DNA from: Octopus vulgaris
Lineage: Eukaryota
NCBI GenBank assembly: GCA_951406725.2
Contig: OX597830.1
Coordinates: 6,324,001 to 6,388,000, forward strand
Length of the DNA: 64,000 bases
Direction: 5' to 3'
Positions 58,050-64,000 of this stretch are shown here, one piece after another. The translations under genes and the position numbers were made by a program. The notes under the pieces are model-generated. The model was not told the origin of the DNA. It saw only the letters and a list, made by a program, of their open reading frames with translations, and ran no database searches. Numbering within the stretch: position 1 is the first letter of the stretch; each line of letters opens with the position of its first letter.

Positions 58050-58228
58050 ACGAGAGAAAGCTGTGGCAAGAGAGTTCAGCAGGGTTTCCCCCCCTCCACT
58101 GCCGGAGTTTCGTGGAGCTTTAGGTGTTTTCGCTCAATAAACACTCCCAACGTCCAGATTGGGAATCGAAACCGCGATCCTACGCGTACGAGTTCGTTGC
58201 CCAAACGACTGCGACATTGCACCTCCAC
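58050..58228 (-). mobile_element. tRNA-headed SINE fragment
   Basis: Reverse-strand B-box-like ggtttcgattccc and A-box-like start ggaggtgcaatgtcgcagtcgtttgggc. Confidence 0.45.
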
Positions 58229-58309
58229 TATATATATGTGTGTGTGTATTATGTAAATATATATGTGTGTGTATGTGTATGTATATATATATATGTATAT
58301 ATATATATG

Positions 58310-58349
<40 letters not shown>

Positions 58350-59181
58350 ACTTCCATATTCATCTTGGATTCGTTCTAACAGATTGAAATGCGAACATGT
58401 TTATCGCTGTTGTGTTTCTTCATCAGAGGACAACACGTTTTATATAAATGCGACTTCGTGACACCTTCGACTCATTAGCGTAAATGACTTTATGTCACTC
58501 AGTGCTTCGGCTTCGTTAGGCGGATTTGAACGTGAACACACTAATCGCTGTTGTCATAAGAGAACATCTCCTTTGAGAAAAATGTAGGTTCATTACACGC
58601 CCTCTTCATTAAATGCTGATTCATATTCTAATGACGAAATAAGAAACTCAACTGATTGCCAATCTTCCTGGTTTCTAGACAATTTATATCAATGCTCTTG
58701 GTTAATACAGTGGAATAGTTTTGTAGGTAGAAAACTTTTATCTGCCTTTTCTTATTCCTTGGGCGCCATCTTCGTTGTCATATTATTTCGCATATCTAAA
58801 TTGCTGAGCATCGGGTCAATGCAACCTTTCTCCTTGTTGTTCTTCTCTGTAAGGTACAGAAGAATATATTCTATGCGTTAGAAGTGACAGCGAAAAACTT
58901 CATCGTTTTTTTTTTGTGGTTTAGGTAAAGATCAGGTCTGAAAGTATTCCAGGCGTGAACAACCAGGCTTATTCTAATTTCTAGTTACACTGTATTTAAT
59001 ATCGCATTAGCCAATCTACCTCTCTTTCTTTTAAAGAAACTAGATAGATTTTAGAGACATTTGACTGCCATTTTAGCAGCTCGAATTACCGCTTAGTGGT
59101 TCTCTAGGAAAGTTATAAAAAGGAAAATACATCACACAGCTGTTAGCATGCTCTTATGTTACTTCTCTCTCTCTCTCTCTG

Positions 59182-59248
<67 letters not shown>

Positions 59249-60525
59249 TGTGTTTTCTTTTTTATGACTATCTGAATCATCTTTCCGCAATTCTCATGAA
59301 AGCAGATATTTTTCAGATTCTGAAGTACATCAGAAATCCAAGGGAACACGAGAACAATGGTAGGCACATACAATTTCCTAACAATGTTTCCCAACTTTAT
59401 AATCGCAGAAATCCATAATATATGAAGTCCTCACATTATAGTCAGTCTCTGAAATATTAACGCAGAGCAGAAAAGAAACACATTCCCAAAGTTATCGATA
59501 TGTGTGTGCGCAAGTTTATATGTGTGTGCGTGGTTATATGTATGTGTGAGTATTTATGTATTCATAGATGTATATATTATATAAATACACATACTTATAT
59601 GTGTATGTATATACATGTATATTTTTCGCTTTGTATTCAAAGATCTCTACGTTTCTTTTCGGGTACATATGTGTGTGTGCAGGTATGTATATACGTGTGC
59701 GTGTGTCTGTGTGTGTAATGTATATATATATGCATACATATATGTACATAATCATTCATATAAATCTACAAATATATGTATATATGTATATACAAATAGA
59801 TACATATAAATAGGTGTATGTATATGTGTGTGTGTGTATGTATTCCTATCTACGAATGTGAGATAACGCAAGAGAAAAATAAAGACTTTTTTTTCTTTTA
59901 AATATGAGAAAATATGTGGTTTACGATGTAAGACGAGTATAAATAAGAATGATAAATATTCTATATCAAATAACTGTTTCCGGATTCCTTCTCTTCGATG
60001 TTGTGGTGTCATCAAAATATAAACTGCAACGGCAGCCATATTTGCAATTTAGTGAAACTACCCGAAGATATTAGGAAATGATTGTAATGATAAAACAACA
60101 TAACGCACACTATACGTATGTACATAAATACATGCATTATTTCTTGTATACTACATGTGCATGGATACATATATATTTTGTAATATATATATATATATAT
60201 TCATACTTACAAAGATGCTTAAATATATGTGTGTGTGTATGTATATATATATATATATATTTATATATTTATATGTGATTTATATGATATATGACATATA
60301 TGATGTGTGTGTGTGTGTGTGTGTGCACGTGTTTTGCTGTATAACATTTTCTATATACATTGTATACATATGCCAGTGTGTAAGGTTGTATACAAACCTA
60401 TAATTTGTCATATTAAATTATATTGTGAACGAGTATATATTTGTTTTTATGCACAAACACTCAAACAAATCATTTTCGCTCATATATATGTGTGTGTGTG
60501 TGTCTGTGTGTCTGTGTGTCTGTGC

Positions 60526-60628
<103 letters not shown>

Positions 60629-60759
60629 CGTGTGTGTGTGTGTGTATTAAAATAGATATGTGTATACGAGAAAGTTTGTGTATGTAGTATGTATTTCTGC
60701 ATGTTGTACGTTTAGAAGAACGTGCGAGCAGATACCAGAGGAGGAGAGAGTAAGAGAGG

Positions 60760-60809
<50 letters not shown>

Positions 60810-60998
60810 CAGGCAGACGGAAAGAGAGAAAGAGCAGAGAAAAAAAAATTTTTTGTGTGTGCCAACATATACATATGCTGTATTCTATCTACTATATATA
60901 TTAATGTGCACATCTACATTTATATATATATAGATATAGATATAGAAAGAGAGAGAGAGAAAGAAAGAGAGAGAGAGAGAGGGAGGGAGAGAGACACA

Positions 60999-61060
<62 letters not shown>

Positions 61061-62420
61061 GAGAGACAGAGAGAGAGAGACAGAGAGAGAGAGAGATAAA
61101 TAGATAGATAGATAAATAGATGTGAATTCACATATACATTTATATATTCATTTATACATACATATATGCACGTGTACCTACATACATATATACACACACA
61201 TTCATCGTAAAAAAAGCTGGGAAAATATATAGCATGGAGGAGGGGCAAAGAAGTGAGTTAGATATTTGGACAGCAAAGAAATAAAAACAAGGCATAAACT
61301 ACAAACAAACAATTTACATTTGATTTATGAGGTACAAAGAAAAGCATACATATGTATATGTTGTATATATGTGTATATATATGTGTGTGTGTGTGTGTAT
61401 GTGTGAATGTGTACGTGTATATATGTATACATACATGTGTGAATCAAATCGATATGCCATTAAACACACACACATCTATATACACATGCAATTATATATA
61501 TATACACACATATGTGTGTATATGTATGCATGTGCATATATATAAACATATATATACACATATATATGTGTGTGTGTGTGTATATATATATATGTATAAA
61601 CATGTGTGTGTGAGTGTGTGTGTGTGTATGTGTGTGTGTGTGTTTATGTGTGTGTGTGTGTGTGTGTGTGTAATCGAATATTTCGAAGACAACTTTCTTC
61701 AATATATTTAAAATTATTTTTCTATATTATTATGTATTTTTATTTTATTCTGTCAGAAAATATATAAAAGCTACGTTGGTGAAAGTTGATATATATTTCT
61801 TATCTAGTATTAATAGGTCATTTTGTTATTTTCTTTGTATGTCTTTTTTTCTTATGTCAAACACACTGAAATTCCGCTCTTTTAGAAGACGCATTAAGTT
61901 TACAAGTAAGACTTAGAGAAGCTGATAGTTCGCCATAGCGATATTTTAACATCAACAACTTCACATATCGCCGAATCCACAATGGTGTTAACCATTAAGA
62001 GAACAGAACTCAGCGAGTTTTAAAATCTACTCGACCACCATCACCTGACACTAAGCACACGGCTCTAATGACAGAATATATACACCGCTCAACGGGCATG
62101 ACACAACGTGTGTTGTAGAAAGCCAACGGAACTTTTGAATCAATCGCAATAACACAGAAAACAACAGAAGACACCACACACACACACGCACACACACGCA
62201 CACACACACGTACACAAACACATGCATTCATACGACAACGCAAAACTGACGTAAGCTTTGAAGAGAAATCGCTGTTCTGAAAAGACAAAGGCGTACTCAG
62301 TTCGAGTACAGGGTTGACCTCAGTCGTAAACTATCATGGAAACATACAAAGTTAGACGGTACCAATAATGATAATAATAATAATAATAAAAATAATGATA
62401 ACAATAATAATAATAATAAT

Positions 62421-62735
62421 AAGCTAAACAGAAAAGAAATAGACAAAGCAAAATCCCAACAATGGCTGAGATGCTCAGTACTCAAAGCAAAGACTGAAAG
62501 ATTTTTAATTGCGGCACAATATCAAAGCGTTCCCACCAGAAATCACCGAAAACACGTAATGAAAAGAAATACAAGTAACTGCATAATATGTGGTGATGGA
62601 GAAGAAACAATAACTCATATTGTCTCTGGTTGCCTATTCCTGGCTAAGATGGAATATATTCACTGATACGATAGATATGGGACTTATGTATAATGGAAGC
62701 TATGTCAACACTATGGAATAACAACATAAAAAGAT
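62421..62735 (+). pseudogene. R4/Dong-like CCHC-region remnant after (AAT)n
   Basis: EIDKAKSQQWLRCSVLKAKTERFLIAAQYQSVPTRN...CIICGDGEETITHIVSGC..LAKMEY is collinear with DVDQKQTHQWLRSSGLKAESEGFILAAQDQSLLTR...CRFC...ETVDHLISGC in the main Dong ORF. Confidence 0.8.
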
Positions 62736-63014
62736 GGCCCCCTCTTAGAGCAGAAAAGAATATAATTAGCTGTTGCTGCTGCTTTTGTTTCTGTTGTTGT
62801 TATTGTTATTATCATTATCATTATTATTATTATGATTATTATATTTGCACCATTTGCGCTTATCATTATCATTGTTATAATTAGTAATCATCATGATATT
62901 TTCATTAATGTTGTTATTGCTGTTGATACTGCCGAATTTCTTCTTCTTCATCTTCTCCTTTTCCTCATCCTCCTCCTATTCTACCTCTTCTTCTTCTTCT
63001 TGTTATTCTTGTTA

Positions 63015-63063
<49 letters not shown>

Positions 63064-64000
63064 TATTTATTATTATTATTATTATTATGAACATTTACAA
63101 ATATCATAAATATCATTATCATTGTCATGTTTCTTGGAATTCATAATGATGTTGCTGTTATAATGGTTGCTTTTTTTCTGTTGATGATGATGTCAATGTA
63201 GAGTTTAATGGCGTCTTTGATTTCTCTTAGATGTCGTTAAAGGAAATGCTAAAATAAAACGGTTTAATGTGCCAAAACCGAAAACACGATTTTCTTTGTT
63301 GTTTATAAATAATAACGGGTTGGCATAGACACACACACACACACACATATATACTGATATATATATATGTATATATATATATTTACACATACATAGGAGA
63401 GAGAGTCAGACACGAAAAACTGATGCACGCCTAGACACATGCGCACACATATACACAACAGCGTAATATATACAGTCTAAGAAATGCGTATCTGTGTATG
63501 TGTGTGAGTATGCGTCATATGTTTTAATTAGCAAATTTGCGTGTGTGTGTGTGTGTGTGTGTACCTGTGTGTGTCTGTATGTGTGCGTGATTGCGTGTGT
63601 ATGTCTGTGTGTATGCGTGCGTGCATGAGTGTGTTTGTACGTATACATTTAATTGGTTGTAGTGTATATTTTGCACGTACAAAAACGGACACGGAATCTG
63701 TATTTGAGCAGAGTATATATATATCGACATACGTATATATGTATATGCGTGTGCACCTATGTATATATCTACGTATATATGTATGCATACATATATATAT
63801 GTGTATACAAAATCAGAGCTATTAAATTAATTACAAGTATATATATATATATATACATATATATACATGTATATATATACAATATGTACGTATATACATA
63901 AACATATCTATAATTATGCATATAAATATATATACTTATGTATGCATATGTATATACATACACACACACACATACACACACACACACACATACACACACA

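Noticed and set aside
58385-58435. Minus-strand CTGATGAAGAAAC...GTTCGCAT
   Set aside because: GAAA element missing. Too degenerate.

Overview
Very AT-rich, microsatellite-saturated eukaryotic intergenic/intronic DNA. It is probably from a coleoid cephalopod (Octopus-like); this is inferred from the style of the SINE families and not verified. I found no convincing host protein-coding gene, and almost all ORFs in the supplied track are translations of (TA)n, (TATG)n, (AAT)n, (GATA)n or (CA)n repeats. The real content is mobile DNA: (1) an apparently intact Penelope-like retroelement (1309-aa RT + C-terminal GIY-YIG ORF, 7771-11700) with a partial tandem pLTR and a ~1.4-kb head-to-head inverted copy, inserted in (TA)n; (2) a near full-length, frameshifted R4/Dong-type RLE LINE in (TAA)n; (3) a Tx1/L1-type 3' end in (GATA)n; (4) a decayed mariner, a mariner MITE, a non-autonomous Helitron, CR1/RTE/HERO remnants, two further Penelope GIY-YIG relics and many tRNA-derived SINEs. 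The most striking signal is a set of minimal type-I hammerhead-ribozyme motifs (about 9 sites in about 7 different sequence contexts), several with palindromic stem III. They occur in Penelope pLTRs and relics, in a short microsatellite-embedded unit, at the centre of a fold-back palindrome, and in a tRNA-headed, TSD-flanked insert. Together they suggest a Penelope-driven family of non-autonomous ribozyme retroelements. All RNA structures were folded by eye and need computational and biochemical confirmation.
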